A stretch of 63,643 nucleotides of DNA, filler included, from Bigelowiella natans CCMP2755 (GCA_000320545.1; 4 parts of 4 records of this genome joined end to end with filler, not necessarily neighbours in it), one strand, 5' to 3'. Shown: positions 1 to 13,813, counted from the first letter of the whole stretch. The notes: a model not told the origin generated them from the letters alone. Made by a program: numbers and translations.

Positions 1-95
1 TGAGGTAGCTATGCAGTGCGAGGGCTACAACGCTAGGATATCCAGACGTGCTCCCGCGCAGATAGAGCCGCCCAGATAATAACTGTTGTATGCAT

Positions 96-132
<37 letters not shown>

Positions 133-138
133 GACAGC

Positions 139-225
<87 letters not shown>

Positions 226-493
226 AAAATTATAATAATGGATGCATCCCCCCTACTGTGTCGAATTTTTTTTGCTCTCTCTCAATGGAGCGTCACGAAT
301 AGATTCCTCAATCATTTCCAATTTATCCCTAATATGTGACTAGAATCCCCACCGATATTCAATAGATGTAACCCCCAATAGATGAAAACCATACAAGGAA
401 ATTCAATGATCACGCATATCATGCATTATCATACATCGGGGGCATTAATTTGTTTCTCGACTGAGCATATTAAGTTGTCTTAAATTTCACAGC

Positions 494-1133
494 TCATGCA
501 GTAAGCACACATGCGCCTCCAACAGCCTTAATTTTCCTTTCTGCATCCTTGCTGAAGAACTTAGCCTTAACAATGACAGGCTGCGAAGGGAGCTTGCCCT
601 TTCCAAGCACCTTGAAGAATCCCGCTTTTGTCACATCAATCACAGGAACCTTGTCCTTAGGACCAGCGTCAGCGTACTTTTTGCGGGTCGCTTCAGACAC
701 AAGAGACCAAACCTTGTCCAGGTTGATAGTGGGGCGATGAAACTTGTTCATTGTCTTGTGGAAGTATCTCATACCAACCTTTCCGAAGTAACCGGGGTGG
801 TACTTATCGAACATAATTCGGTGATGGTGCTGTCCACCGGCGTTACCGCGACCGCTGGGGTGCTTACGGTGCTTTCCAACGCGACCGTGGCCGGCACTAA
901 CGTGACCTCTCTTTTTACGATTCTTCGACAGCCGAGCAACCTAGAAGGTGAAAGGCGAGTTTATTACGTGTACAAGAATCCTATATATTTCCAATACTTC
1001 CAATCCTTCCCCGTGTAAACAATGGCAGAAATACCCATATCTTCCTCCCTTTTCAACTTCCCCCCTCCCTCGTCAAAACTAGAAGCATCAGAGCCGATTC
1101 ATGCTAATCACGCCTCCCTCCCCTTCATACCAT
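494..1133 (-). CDS. RPL27A: 60S ribosomal protein L27a (uL15); exons 1131-1133 (ATG only) and 494-940
   Basis: Spliced translation M|[61 protein letters not shown]...[27 protein letters not shown]; GT..AG intron 941-1130. Confidence 0.97.
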
Positions 1134-1847
1134 GGCGGAATGTACGCAAGCAAATCGGAGATTTATCTATATTCCCCGGGCCGCTTTTTTAATATTACCT
1201 AAAAATGACAAATATAGGTCATTTAAGAGGATAATTGGGGCACATAGCCGCATTTACGTCATAACAGCTCGCAGGAGGCGAGACTGTGAGAGATTTCGAG
1301 GAAACCCTCTTAAATCTCCAAAAGATTACGACAAGCAAGAATTATTGTCTCTCTTGGATATCACAGAGAAGAACTTATAAATTATTTCGTCATCTTTATT
1401 CCGATATATTGGGCCTAATACTATCACCCAAAAAACGTGAATAATAGCTAATAACCTCTGCTGGAGCATTGCTCGTCACATGGGACATTTAGACCAATTA
1501 TGAACGGCAAAATAACTAAAAAATATATAAAATTATAGTTATTATATTATTAAAGTATAAAGTTGAAAATAATCGACACTTTTGTAAGAAATTGCACGTT
1601 CTTATTTGCATATATGTAAAAAAAGGCGGCATGATTTTTCTGTGTACTACTCATATATCTGAACGATGCACCGCTTGGTATGTGCGCATGCTGCTGTGTC
1701 ATGCTCATGAGGACTAACGAAAAATGAGAGAGATGCAGCCGTATTACGAATCCGATGTGACCCCACTGTTGGAGTACGTCATTGTTCGCTGATTTACGAA
1801 AGATCTTCATTATATTTACCGCATTTCCTAAAACAAAATCTCTTTTT

Positions 1848-2884
1848 ATGATGAGCGCAACTGTGACCAAGGCCTTCACATTTTGGCGCTAATGTTGAAA
1901 TTTTGAGTGGATTTTCTCAATGGTAGGTCACAAGACAAGAGAAGGCGCATGATGATGGAATTTGGAGCGTCTCATGGGCAGCAAAGAGCAATCTGATAGT
2001 CACAGGGGGTGTCGACGAGAAGGTATTTGCATTTGTTAAAACATTGCCTTAACATTTCTTCCGAATAGCAAGATAAAGTTGTTGATTTCTCAAAGGTAAA
2101 AGTATGGGATGCAGAGGACCTAAAACTCAAATCGACGCTGGGAGAGCACGCTCTAGCTGTCACGTCCGTAGCGACCTCACCTGACGGCAAATTTGCAGCT
2201 TCGAGCTCCATGGACGGGCTCATCAACGTTTTCGACTTATCGACTGGGCAAAGAAGCATTTCAATTCCAGCCGGAACAGTAGAGACTTGGAGTATCACCT
2301 ACAGCCCCGATGGAAGCATGATTGCCACGGGCACACACTCTGGAAACGTAAGCTTGTGGAGCCTGAAGGATAGTAAGAAAATTGGCACGTACAAGACAGG
2401 TGGCGATTTCACGCTAGGGGTTGCATTTTCCCCCGACGGTTCCCTTCTAGCTGGGTCAACCCACAATGGGATCGTCTCGATTTTCGACAAGGATGGGAAA
2501 ATAGTCCACAAATTGTCGGGCCACATGGGTCCAATAAGATCCATGGCTTTTTCACCAGACTCCCAACACATTCTGACCGGCTGCGACGATAAGCATCTCC
2601 GTCACTTCGAACTAAAAGGTGGACAGGAGGTTGCATCTCTCTCGGGGCACCGTTCCTGGATTCTGGATGTCGCCTACTGCCCGGATGGTAAGACCTGTGC
2701 GACGTCATCTGCTGACAAGAAGATCAAGCTCTGGGACCTCAAGGCTAAAGAGCCTATTCACACAATAGATGCACACAAGGATCAGGTGTGGGGAGTAGAC
2801 TTCGACGTCACGGGAAACAAAATCGTGTCCGTGTCGGATGATGCAGCAATTCAAATAAGTGAAATTATCGCGACGAATGCGTAA
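1848..2884 (+). CDS. WDR61: WD40 protein WDR61/SKI8/VIP3 (SKI and PAF1 complexes); start exon approximate
   Basis: Upstream exons give RQEKAHDDGIWSVSW...IVTGGVDEK|VKVWD, joined to ORF 2210-2884 with further WD repeats ending KIVSVSDD; matches WDR61 N-terminal AHDDAIWSVAW. Confidence 0.88.
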
Positions 2885-3473
2885 TTTTTCTTTTAGTAAT
2901 AATGAGGAAGTGCTATGGCGGCGGTCAGACTAATGCCACTGCACCTGAGGATTTGTATTTGTCCGAGTCGTTTGTGTCGCATGTTAGTCATTGCATGCGG
3001 AATGTCAAAATGGAAGAAATCAAAGTGTGCTACGGACAACAATCAATGACAATGTGTACCAAGCTAGCATGCCTGTAGTAATGCAGGGCCTACAGTGAGC
3101 GGACACGCACATTTCACCTCGCCTATCCACGCCAACAACGCTATGCTAAAAGCGTACAGTATTAGCGTACGTCATGAAGACAAGTCATGCATGGATGTGT
3201 AGACTACACGAACGTGTAGTTTGCATGCCAAATGTAGGTCTGTCCCTACCTTTCTCTCTCTCTCTTTCTCTCTCTGCGTGGGTATGTGTGTGGTAATGTG
3301 CACTTGCGCGCACATTGTGTGCATGCGCCTTTAAAGCAATCGAAAAAGCTGCTTGCATGCATTATGATGACGACAGTAACACAGTAGCCCCGCTTTTTAT
3401 GATTAATTCGACTGCATGTGATTCATCTACGCACAGCTAGACAGTGCGATGCCACACTGAGGCGTGTTCATCA

Positions 3474-6400
3474 TCAAATACTAGCAGCGTCTAACTTAAC
3501 ACCTGCTTTCCTTGCGGTTCCTACAATCGATCTCAAAGCCAGCGTTAGTTCAGACACACGAGTCCTTAATTCAGCGACCTACAACAAATTTTCTTGATTC
3601 GATCAATCAGTGATGAAGATAATCCGAAGCACCTGTTTCTCTAAAACACTGATTTTCTCTTCCTTATTCCCATTGTAGCGCTGTTCTTTGTATTCGTTAG
3701 AAAATATGGACTCCGGGGTGCTAGCTCCGCTCTCTAAGCTAGCTTCAATAGAGGAAGGCATGCCATAGAATTCTTCTACTTTTTTAACAGCAGGTGAAGG
3801 GACTATCTTGAACCACTGTTGTTTCGTCTTTCGGAAGATCAAAATTTGTGTAAAGGGCACCCAGGCCTCCTCTTCGTACCCTTGTGATGTGCATTATATG
3901 TACCAAAACAGCATCATCTCCTCCATTCACTTGTTTCGAGATCTATTTCTAATCTGTCACCTTTGTATATAACAGGTATTTTGCCTGTAGCAATTGCTTC
4001 TGAGACACTGAAGGATGGAGATATTCGAGCGAGGTAGTATTCGTTTTCGGCTTCATAAATAGCTATGCAAGCTCTCAATGCAGATGATACATCCTATGAT
4101 AGAAAGCATCGCCATTAAAGCTGAAGGGAAGTGAAACTAAAAATATTTCAAATAAAGTTCCGAAATTTTTGAAAGCACGAAAATACAACGATGAGTTCGT
4201 CCTGAAAGCTGTGTCATAGAGCTAAATCATCTTCATTTTAAGTCCGATGGACAATTTCGTAGAATCGTTTTGATTTCGCATTGGTTCATCACTTTAAGTT
4301 TCATTTCGGCACAGGTGCATCTCTCTGGAGTTACGCCAACGATGTCGGACCTCTTTACAACCTTCGATGATAGGCGGACCGTGATATTCGTATCAAAAGA
4401 AAACAGATCAGCACGACGGATGATGAGACTTTCTCCTCATCACTAGTAACGATCAGTCATCACGTTGTTGAATTCAAGCGACCACTTCATCTTGGTAGCC
4501 TAGGAAGTGGACAAAGGCTTTGTCGTTGTGCGTTCCTTCTATGCATACGGGGTAGAATCTTCCATCCTTGTATCTGTGGAGAAGAATGCTGATTTAATGC
4601 ATTCTCATTCCGAAGCATCAATTGCTAAGAGACCTTGCCAGAGACGCTGGGCGAAGGCGCGAGACGGTTTGTTGCGGCACTTGCTCCTTCTCATTGCGAT
4701 CCTGAATCAGCATAAAAGTACACCACACGACAATGTCAGCGCCCACAGCTTCTTCTCTTCTAAGACCCATGGATCGCATGGTGGCGTCCTTCATCGGGAA
4801 ATCATATCTGCGACCATGGTGACAACATGTTCCATCCAACGAATCGCTTGGGGGTTGGAGTACCGGATTGTGCATTCTGTGCCATCGCCTCTCTCCCGAC
4901 ATGTGAATGAAATCCGGTACTGGGTACCACATGTCATGCGTCTCACATTGGCCAAGACGCATGGGGAAATCCGCCTATGTTTCCTCCGAATTCTTCACTC
5001 GTCCGAAATTTTTTTATTAAATAAATTTCATGCTGCCGACGACGCGGGCTGCCTCCAAACCCGTTGCCGAAAGACGGCCGGAACGCGATGGGATTCTCAC
5101 CCTGCGACATGTCCTCAAAGCGAGAAGATTCTTGCAAGCGAGAATGTGTCCACGGATTAGGCTGAGCGACAATCTTTTTCCATTGTCGCATGATGTACAT
5201 TCGAAGCGCTATTTCGAGCAAACCCGCTCTCTCTGGGTGGGAACGGGTTTAGATGGGCGCTCGCTGTCGCTGATCCGTTTGACCCAAATGCGATCGCAGG
5301 GCCAAAGGAGAACCCATCATCGCTGAAACATGACAGGCGAGTGGGTTGTGGAATGGATGCCGTTTTTTCAAGTTTTTTTGGGTCAAACGGATCTGCGAGT
5401 GCGAGCGCTCAGATTCTCAAGCGTAAGCACACGTCGAGTCGTCGAAACAGCCGGCCAATCATTTCTGTGCGGCAAGGCTTCAGTATTGCCGTCGCAGGTG
5501 AACCAGTTTGCATTTCTGTCGTCGTAAGTTCTTCCACACCACGTCTCCCCACCCGTGGTATCTTCCTCCTGACCGGGATGATGCGTCCTCTTTCGGATGC
5601 ACAAGACAACCCCTTGCACCACACGTGAATGCAGCACTTTCCAGCACAGCACTCACGGATTCATTGAAACTGCATCCTTCCATCCCTTCCAAAAAGGATC
5701 ATGGACTTCGAAAACAAGCAGCATCAGCGGGTGTACGAAGAGGTCAAGAAGGACCCAGAGGCCGACACTGAGGACATGTGCGGAATTGTGCATGATTTGA
5801 GATCTGATCGTGCTAAATGCGACGGGGAAATACAAAAACAGAGCCCATAATGCTGATACTTCTCCTAAGCAATATTTCATTTAATCAGAGCAGTCGGGGA
5901 CAAGGATGAGAAGAATGTTGGAAGGCGCGGATTTTTCACCCCAAAAGCTCTTGCGATGTGGCATGCGGTCGGTCTGCGACAAGATACCATGAATAAATAA
6001 TGCAGCACATTTTTTATCGTACCTTTCTTTCAGAAGGCGATTCAATTCATTCAATTCCAACGATCGTTGCTTCCCTCTTTTACCTACGCTCACGTCTTTG
6101 CAGCTCACGATGGTGGCGATGGGGGTGCAAGCAGGGCTGCTGCTGTTCTACGAGAGGTATGAAACGTCACTTTATGGATGATTTTAGCCTTTATGTAGGT
6201 GGTGAATGTTGACATACGCACACACACACACACACACACACACAATTCCTACCGGACTTTCAACGCGCATATAAAGCGAAATTTACCTCTTGCAAATTTG
6301 ATTTCAGGCCAGAACTACATGTTCCAGCAACCGTGAGCTTTCCTGCGCGGAAGGCGCACACGGACGTCATTGGGTCGCCACGAGTGAAGAAGGTACATTA

Positions 6401-7052
6401 TCATTTCTTGCTCAAATTCCGCCCCCTCCTCCTTTGATTTCCTAACGTATTCTATCTTGATAATGCGAGCTGCTGATTTGTGTTGCCCGTGACGTGCTCT
6501 CGTATCACTTTTGCTATGTATGTGTTGATGATGATGTTCAGATTGGAAGTATTCCTGTTGTCGATCTCCTCGCTCTCATCCTTGCTCTCTCAGCCGTCGG
6601 GCACTTGTAGTGGCAAACTACTAAAGAACAGATAAATCAACACTCTCTCTTGTGTGCTTCTGACGTCTCTTTCCTGTGATCGATCTACTTCATAGTGCGA
6701 ACATTCGTCGTTCGTTCTGATTGCCTTATTTTCCTTCCTCCTTTCTTACTCGCCCTTCCGTCCTCCCTCCCTCCCTCCTCCCTCATTCAAGAGCTACAGC
6801 TCTCGTCGGGGTTGTCTACCCTAAGGTTTCTCTATGTGCCATATATACATATTTTTTTTCACGTATATGTATCCCCCCCTCTCTATCTCGATCTCTCTCT
6901 CTTTCCTCCTCCGCCTTTTCTCTGCGTATGACCCGCTTCTTTTGCGCAGATCTTCAAAGGCTTCATCGAAAAGAACCAAGCAAATAAACTAAGATGGATT
7001 GAATATGCGGTAAATGAATACAGTGCTCCTACTCGATGTCGAGGGTTGGAGG

Positions 7053-7083
<31 letters not shown>

Positions 7084-8474
7084 AGATGAGAATGTGATGG
7101 TGGATGTTTTCACGACGGTGATAATAATGCCCTCAGCTGTCGGGTGCTGTTATCTCCGTACTCGTCGCCATGCTCGCGGGGATTTACGATATAGCTCTTC
7201 TATTTTTAGTCGGGGTACACACACAACAAATATATAGTAATCATATTTTAAATATGCAAGCATCTCCGAGTCGCGTATGTTATTTCCACAGGCAAGCTAT
7301 GCTACGTGCATGCTTATTGCTCTTTCAATTGAGATGCTGCCGCGAGAGCTCGTGGGGAAGCCCCCGCCGATAACGACAGTGGAGACCGGAGCAGGGACTG
7401 CAGTGCGTGCGGAGGAAAACCGAGGTGATCAGTAGGAATTCATTTTATAAAAGAGTTTGTCGTAGGTGATACTGGCGAGATGACCGAAGAGAGCATTCTC
7501 ATTTTGGCCAAAAAAATTGCTGCTCCTGTGCATCTCGATCTGCTTTATCAGAGCAACTTCTCGACAGCCAAAACAGCATCCGCACTGGTGCGACGAATGG
7601 GTCAATTAGAGGCGAAGCGACCGACGTGCTGGGTCGTTTTTATCCTAGCGTACGGTCTACCGGACTCACGCTGTATTGGGTGGCTTCGATTGTTCTCGGG
7701 TGACGACGGCGACAATAATGATGACGATGATAATGATGATGATGACGACGGCGACAATAATGATGACGATGATAATGATGATGATGATGATGATGACAAT
7801 GATGATGCCGATGTCGGCATTGATCAATAAGAACAACCCTTCTCTCTTTTTGCTAGGACTGCGTGGCTGGTGATCCTTTGCTATCTATGTAAGGTGGAAA
7901 TCATGCATGTTGGGGAGAGTTAAGATGATGCGAGTTGTTCGATATTTTCTTCCTCTTCTTCTTCTTCTTCTTCTTCTTCTTCTTCTCTTCTTCCTCAACC
8001 GATTCCGTTTTAGACCACCCGCAAGTTTGGTGAGAGTTATGTGGATGTCGCGTTCTTTATACTCACCGGTACGCACTTCCAATATTTTTGGATTTTCTTC
8101 GCAATTGTCAAAATCGGGCGCGAGAGCAAAAAATGAGCGCAGCTGTTGCGCGAGAAATGTGTAGGTAGTGAATATTTTCTTTATTTTTTCAGTGCTATAC
8201 CTGGGCATCGGGGTAAATTTCTACCTCGAGCGATTTTGTGGAAAGTACAGTTTCGCGAAAGCGGAGTTCATCTACATCGTTCTCAGGTGCCTTCATCAAA
8301 CAGTTTTGTGGCGTTTTCATGATTGACCCCAGTCGCTACTAATGCATGATATCAATTATCGTGACTGTGTCTTACTGAAGATAAATGTGTGATGATCGAT
8401 CTGTATGGTAATCCCCATCATACAGCCTTGCCGCAAAGAGTGCCTTTTGCTGGAACATCTATGGAGGGGTCCAT
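3474..8474 (-). CDS. Multi-exon protein with two Tudor-like domains near the C-terminus; 5' extent and integrity uncertain (possibly two genes or partly pseudogenised)
   Basis: Exons SLAR|YKDGRFYPVCIEGTHNDKAFVHFLGYQDE (~4486-4650) and RACIAIYEAENEYYLARI...GKIPVIYK|GYEEEAWVPFTQIL (~3840-4095) fit the Tudor pattern; further spliceable exons up to ~8474; TGA at 3474-3476. Confidence 0.55.
5254..5411. mobile_element. MITE-like element (~158 bp) with ~35-bp imperfect terminal inverted repeats
   Basis: tgggcgctcgctgtcgctgatccgtttgacccaaa (5254-5288) vs reverse complement of tttgggtcaaacggatctgcgagtgcgagcgctca (5377-5411), 17-bp perfect core; no convincing TSD. Confidence 0.5.
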
Positions 8475-9820
8475 GGGTTCTAAATGAGACCTCTAAGACC
8501 TATCACATTGACGGCTTGCTGTCAGTGTCAAGCTAAGTAAAAGATGACAATGAAAGAGGAATTAATGCAATGCTCATAAGATTCTATACTAGTATAAGTG
8601 TCGCTACGTCGACCTGCACACAATGCAGGGCGATATTATATGCTCCTAATCGCACGTACGTCATGTTAGCACCACAGACTATACCATGGTTTCACACATA
8701 CTATGATATAATTATAATACATGCTAGCATGCTCGCAGTACACACATTGCTCTAGCTAAATGTAGCCAAGCCAGTAAATGTCATTGCCGCAGACATAGCA
8801 GTCGTACACACAGCTAGACAGCACGCTGTGACATCTGCTAGACGTGTGCAACTTGACAAGAACGTACAATGCATGACTGTGGCTGAGCAGCTGGCTGTGC
8901 GTAGACGTTATGTGCGTGCCTGCGTGCCTATCGCGCTAGCGCGCACCGCAGCTCTGCTAGACATGGAGCTTCTTACATCATTGATCGTCGATGTATATAC
9001 TACACAACTCACCTACTAGCTAGCTAGCTAGCTACCAGCACACGCAGCAGCTACCGCACATCGCTTCCGTTCGCACCTTGCAAGCTACCTACATAGCTGG
9101 AAGCACATTGTTGTCATTGTTTCTTCCAGTCTTGCACATTATTGAGCACTCATCTAGTCGATGTCAATCACAATCATGCGCACGGCCGTGCCTACGTACG
9201 TACGTACACACCGTCTAGCTGTTGTGCTGTCGTGCTAGCTAGCTAGCGTGTACGTAGTAGTGCATGCATCGCACGTAGTAGCTTGGCTTGCGATGTGGCG
9301 CTAGTTAGCTGTGCTAGTTTAGTAGCTAGTGCATGCAGCCACATCGCACTGTGGTCCTCGCACGCACATGAAAGTAATTGTGATTTCTTGGATATGCAGA
9401 GCACCAATGCGATGAACAGCACCGCACATCTCTGATCTAGATGACATCATGCAATGACGCTAGACAGATCTTAGACAATGGCGACCAACGTATACGTACG
9501 TAGCAATGCATTGCATTGATCAGAATGCATGTGTGTGCGTTCGTCAAATGAAGTTGCCCAATGTGCCAAGCTCGCCTTTTTATGTTGACATTGATGTACA
9601 AGCCAAACAAACGATAAAACGGAACCCTTCTTCCTCCCCCCCCCTCCTCCTCTTCCCAACATGATCCCGGTGAGAGTGAGTGAGTGAGTGAGAGAGAGAG
9701 AGAGAGAGGGAGAGAGTCCGTTCCTTGCACGCGCGATCGAATGTTAGAAAAAAAGGGGGACGTGGGCCCTCCAAGTCCCCGTGCGCCCACCCAATCGTAG
9801 CAACATGCGCATTGGTGACG

Positions 9821-12334
9821 CTAGTTGTAGACCATATACTTAGGCGTCGAGGAGAACTTCGCATACCCCTTGATGACTTTCTGCACGGCGTCCAGCATGT
9901 CCTTCTCTGTTATTGCCTTCCGCCGCGCTCGTATCGCAAACATCCCAGCCTCGGTACACACACTGCGGATCTCAGCCCCAGTCGCGTTGGGGCACAGGCG
10001 CGCGAGCAGTTCAAACCGAATGCCCTTCTCCACGTTCAGGCTCCTTGTGTGGATGGAGAAGATCTTGGTGCGGCCCTGATAATAGCAGGGTAGAGGAGGG
10101 GGGCAGGTTGACGAGATTAGATTTTACAGAAACAAGAACAGTGTCAGGAAAAAATAGCTTTCCCTGTTCTCAGGTTCAGCTACGACCCTTTCACAACTAC
10201 TACCACCTCTACTTCAGTCGCTCCTATTACTACAACTATGAAGCACACTACTACTACTACTACTACTACTACTGCTACTACTACTACTACTCTTACCTCC
10301 AGATCGGGAGGTGCAAATTCGATCTTACGATCTAATCTCCCAGGACGCATCAGCGCAGGGTCGAGGGTGTCAGGCCTGATGATGAGGACGCCAACAACCA
10401 TCGGTGGATTTCAGTATTTAGAGAAGCGTGTCGACGATGAAAGGTGTACTAAAGACGAGGGTGAGGGTGGGGGCTACTGCTCTATCTGTCTACATCCTGC
10501 AATTCATGATCATCATCCATATCATCATCATCATCGTCATCATTTTTGCGAGATCATCATCGCACCTATTCGTTGCCATGAGCACTTTGATGTTCCCTCG
10601 CGCGTCGAAGCCGTCGAGCTCTGTCACGATCTGAAGCATAGTTCGCTGCACCTCGTTGTCGCCGCCCGATCCGTCGTCAAAACGTGCACCTACGAGAGCG
10701 TGAATACATACGTGAATGATATGTTTCTCTTCGCACACATGGCAAGGGGGCAATGATAGACCGCGCATGTCCATTATCAGCTGCAGCAGCAGTAGCAAGA
10801 GCAGCGGGCAAGTAGTCATCGTCACCTCCGATGGCGTCGACTTCGTCAAAGAAGACGATGCATGCCTTCTTCGTCCTAGCCATCTGGAAGAGCTCGCGGA
10901 CCATGCGGGCCCCCTCCCCGACGTACTTCTGCACCAGCTCACTTCCGATTACCCTAATGAAGCACGCCTCCGTGGAGTTGGCCACAGCTCTTGCCAGGAG
11001 GGTCTTACCCGTCCCTGGCGGGCCATATAACAGAACGCCCTTGGGGGGGTCGATACCGAGACTCACGAATCTTTCAGGCTGCCATCAGGAGGAGGGGGGA
11101 AAGGGGGTGGGCGGGTAAAAGCGGAGGGGGTTAAGAGACTTTGCAGTAGCCAACGAACGCAATTAGTGAGAGATGTCTTTAAGTTTTATTGTGAATGTTG
11201 ACAACTGATTGTCCTCTATTTCCTAGTTCCCTACGTTGAGCAGCGGCAATTCTACGACTTCGCGGATCTTCTGGATTTGCTCCTTAGAGCCGCCGACGTC
11301 CTGGTACGTCACATCAGGCTTCTCTTCTACAGTCATCATCGTCACGGACGGGTCGATCTTGGGGGGCAGCGGAATGTGGATCTGTTGGGCAGAAAAGCAA
11401 TTTTAGAAATGGGGTATGAGCGGCTTCTTCCAGCCTTTTCAGTTCTCCGACGCTCTTTCTCTCCTCCTCTTCTATTTTTAGATCCTTTTCCCCAAGTTAC
11501 CTGGTATTTTGTTCGGTCCACTCTGGATAGCGCCGGAAGGGTTAAAAAACACAGAAACCAAACACCAGAGGTGTTGCATAAAGTGAGAAGCTGCGCTCAT
11601 TACAATAAGTGTCGGCCACTGTACTCTCTTAAAGACTAAAACTATTACCCGACGCGCATGCCCTCTTCGAAGTCCGTCGGAGAAGCGCGGTCGCTCAAGG
11701 CAACGACATATTTTGCGATCTGGCAAAAGCAAGAAGGTGGGGATTTATGAAACAATCATTGAGACTGGCGGGGGATAGGCCTGCTCCGAAGTAGGGGGCT
11801 TTATGGTTGGGAATAGAGTACCTGGCGAAGGTTGATCATATACTTTGCGTCCTCGGTGTTGGGATTAATGATCTTTGTGCAGCGAGCAACCTGCAGCGGC
11901 TGCTCAGACTGCATCATCTGCTTGTCCTGCACCAGGTCCCACTGGCTTGGGTTTGCAAGTCCTGTGTCCGACTCCTTGATACCTGATGATTTCGTAAATG
12001 TACGTGTGAATATGCGGTGTGTGCGCGACTTCATAGAGTCCTCCGAAGGTTTTACTCAGAAGGGATGCACCTTTGAGGGTGTTGACATTCTTAGCGATCT
12101 TTTTCAGATCCGCCTCAATTCCCTTAATTTTGACTGCGTATGGCCCAAGACCGTAGGTTTTAAGTAGAGCAATGTCATCCTCGTCGAGGGGCTGGAGCCT
12201 TTTTGCATCCTTCTGATCCTCCTCACTATAGCTTCCTGTAATTTTGGGAAAATTAGCTCAGTCTGTTCATCTCTGAGGAATAAATTGTCAGCATGACCTT
12301 TATTGGTGGTCTGGCATGCCCCCTTCTCACTCAT
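9821..12334 (-). CDS. PSMC2: 26S proteasome AAA-ATPase subunit RPT1 (about 10 exons)
   Basis: [27 protein letters not shown], Walker [42 protein letters not shown]-terminal [11 protein letters not shown]. Confidence 0.97.
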
Positions 12335-13214
12335 GGTGTCTCTACTTTAGTTTCCACGTTCCACCAGTCTGTAATGAGGCAAGAGGTCATCAGATAGATG
12401 CATTTATTTCATCTATGCTCCATTTTATCTCATGAATGAGAGCATATGTGCTGCCTCTCCAAATCAAAAAAATGAAATGGTGACATGGAACATGGGAAAG
12501 ATGACAACAGAGGAAGCAGAACATCTTCTGTTTCGTGGTATCTCATCGCACGCTTGCACTTTCTTTAAAATTCAACTGCTTATTCCAGAGAAAACAAGAA
12601 AAGGTTCGTTCGATGTAAATCATGAACAGGGCCACGAAAAAGGAGAGGCCTCAGGTTGATGGGGACAAGGAAGCTCACCCTTCCAGCTCTGGTCTCAGCA
12701 TAAATTTACAGATAGACTGAGACCAAAATTATTGAATATAGACTATTTATTACATACGTCAATCAAATTATTTAGTCTTAATCATTAAAAAGATTAATCC
12801 TTCCCAACTCTGAAGATTGCTAGATTTGAAAACATGCATTTTTGCGCAAGAATTCACATTCTAAAACGAGCATTTTCTGCGGGAACATGCTTGTCGCAGT
12901 TTGCAAACAGAATGCTTCCCTGCATTCCTTCCATTCTACCGGTGGGCAAATCAATGATCAAGATGCGCTCTCGTGAGGCCGCTTCTTTGACCTTGAAACA
13001 TCGGGCTGATCTGTGTTTTGAGTGGCGATCATTTCCTGGATTTCTCTGGCTGCCACTGATCAAAAAACGGAAATCTTTCAAATGTCATCAGAAGATCGAC
13101 AAAACTTCTGTGCATTCCTTCAGGACCAGCACAAACCCGTCGTCATTTGGCTGCTGGTTGTGATGCATCCAACGTTTGGTTCGTGCCAATTTGCATGAAC
13201 CCCGCTAGCTTGCT

Positions 13215-13492
13215 AGTCAGTCCTCACTGAAGCCAATGAGAGGCACTGCACTCCGCACATTGCAAGTGTCTTGTCACACTTTGGAAATGCAGTTTTTCAT
13301 CATTGTTCTCATTGTTCGTGCGTTCCCCGCCACCACATTGCTGCCAGTCTCACTGACAGCTAGTGTGCCAACTTCAAAATCTTGCTGGTCTTCACCAGTC
13401 AGTCCTCACTGGAGCTACTTCGAGGCATTGCGTTTCGTGCACTGCAGTGTCTTGCAACGTTTTGGAAATGCAGTTTTTCATCATTGTCTCTC
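13215..13492. repeat. Diverged ~95-bp direct repeat pair (period ~182 bp) inside a TpA-depleted relic
   Basis: agtcagtcctcactg...gtgtcttg...ttggaaatgcagtttttcatcattgt at ~13215-13310 and ~13397-13492. Confidence 0.75.
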
Positions 13493-13813
13493 TCCCTGAA
13501 CACAGGCTAGCAGGGTCCCTCAGTTCCAGTTTCGACGCGCAACGTGCTCATGCAGTCTAGCAGCACTGGAGCATGCGAGTTGTGAACAGGACAAATAACA
13601 AGTAGTGTCATGCAAATTGCACGATGCGAAACTGTGGTCACCACGTTCACAAGATGCATGGCGCGGTGTGCAAAGTGTGACTCCATTGTGACACGTGATC
13701 AAGCGTAGCAGCTGTGCGACATGCGCATCACACGTAGCATGGAAAAATCAGAACCACGTCGCGAATTGCATGATCAGCATCAAATTGCAATTGTGTTGCA
13801 GTGGAGAATCTGG

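Noticed and set aside
33-227. Many short ORFs with HTHT, YIYI, LSLS, RERE or CVCV runs across the window
   Set aside because: Translations of dinucleotide microsatellites
7696-7812. Asp/Asn-rich ORF 7480-7830
   Set aside because: (GAT/GAC)n trinucleotide repeat, probably intronic to the minus-strand gene
13215-13492. CRISPR-like repeat-spacer array
   Set aside because: Only two long diverged units, eukaryotic context, no cas genes
12841-13800. Classical RIP or CpG decay as the cause of TG/CA excess
   Set aside because: RIP would raise TpA, and CpG is still common here; neither explains TpA loss with CTAG survival
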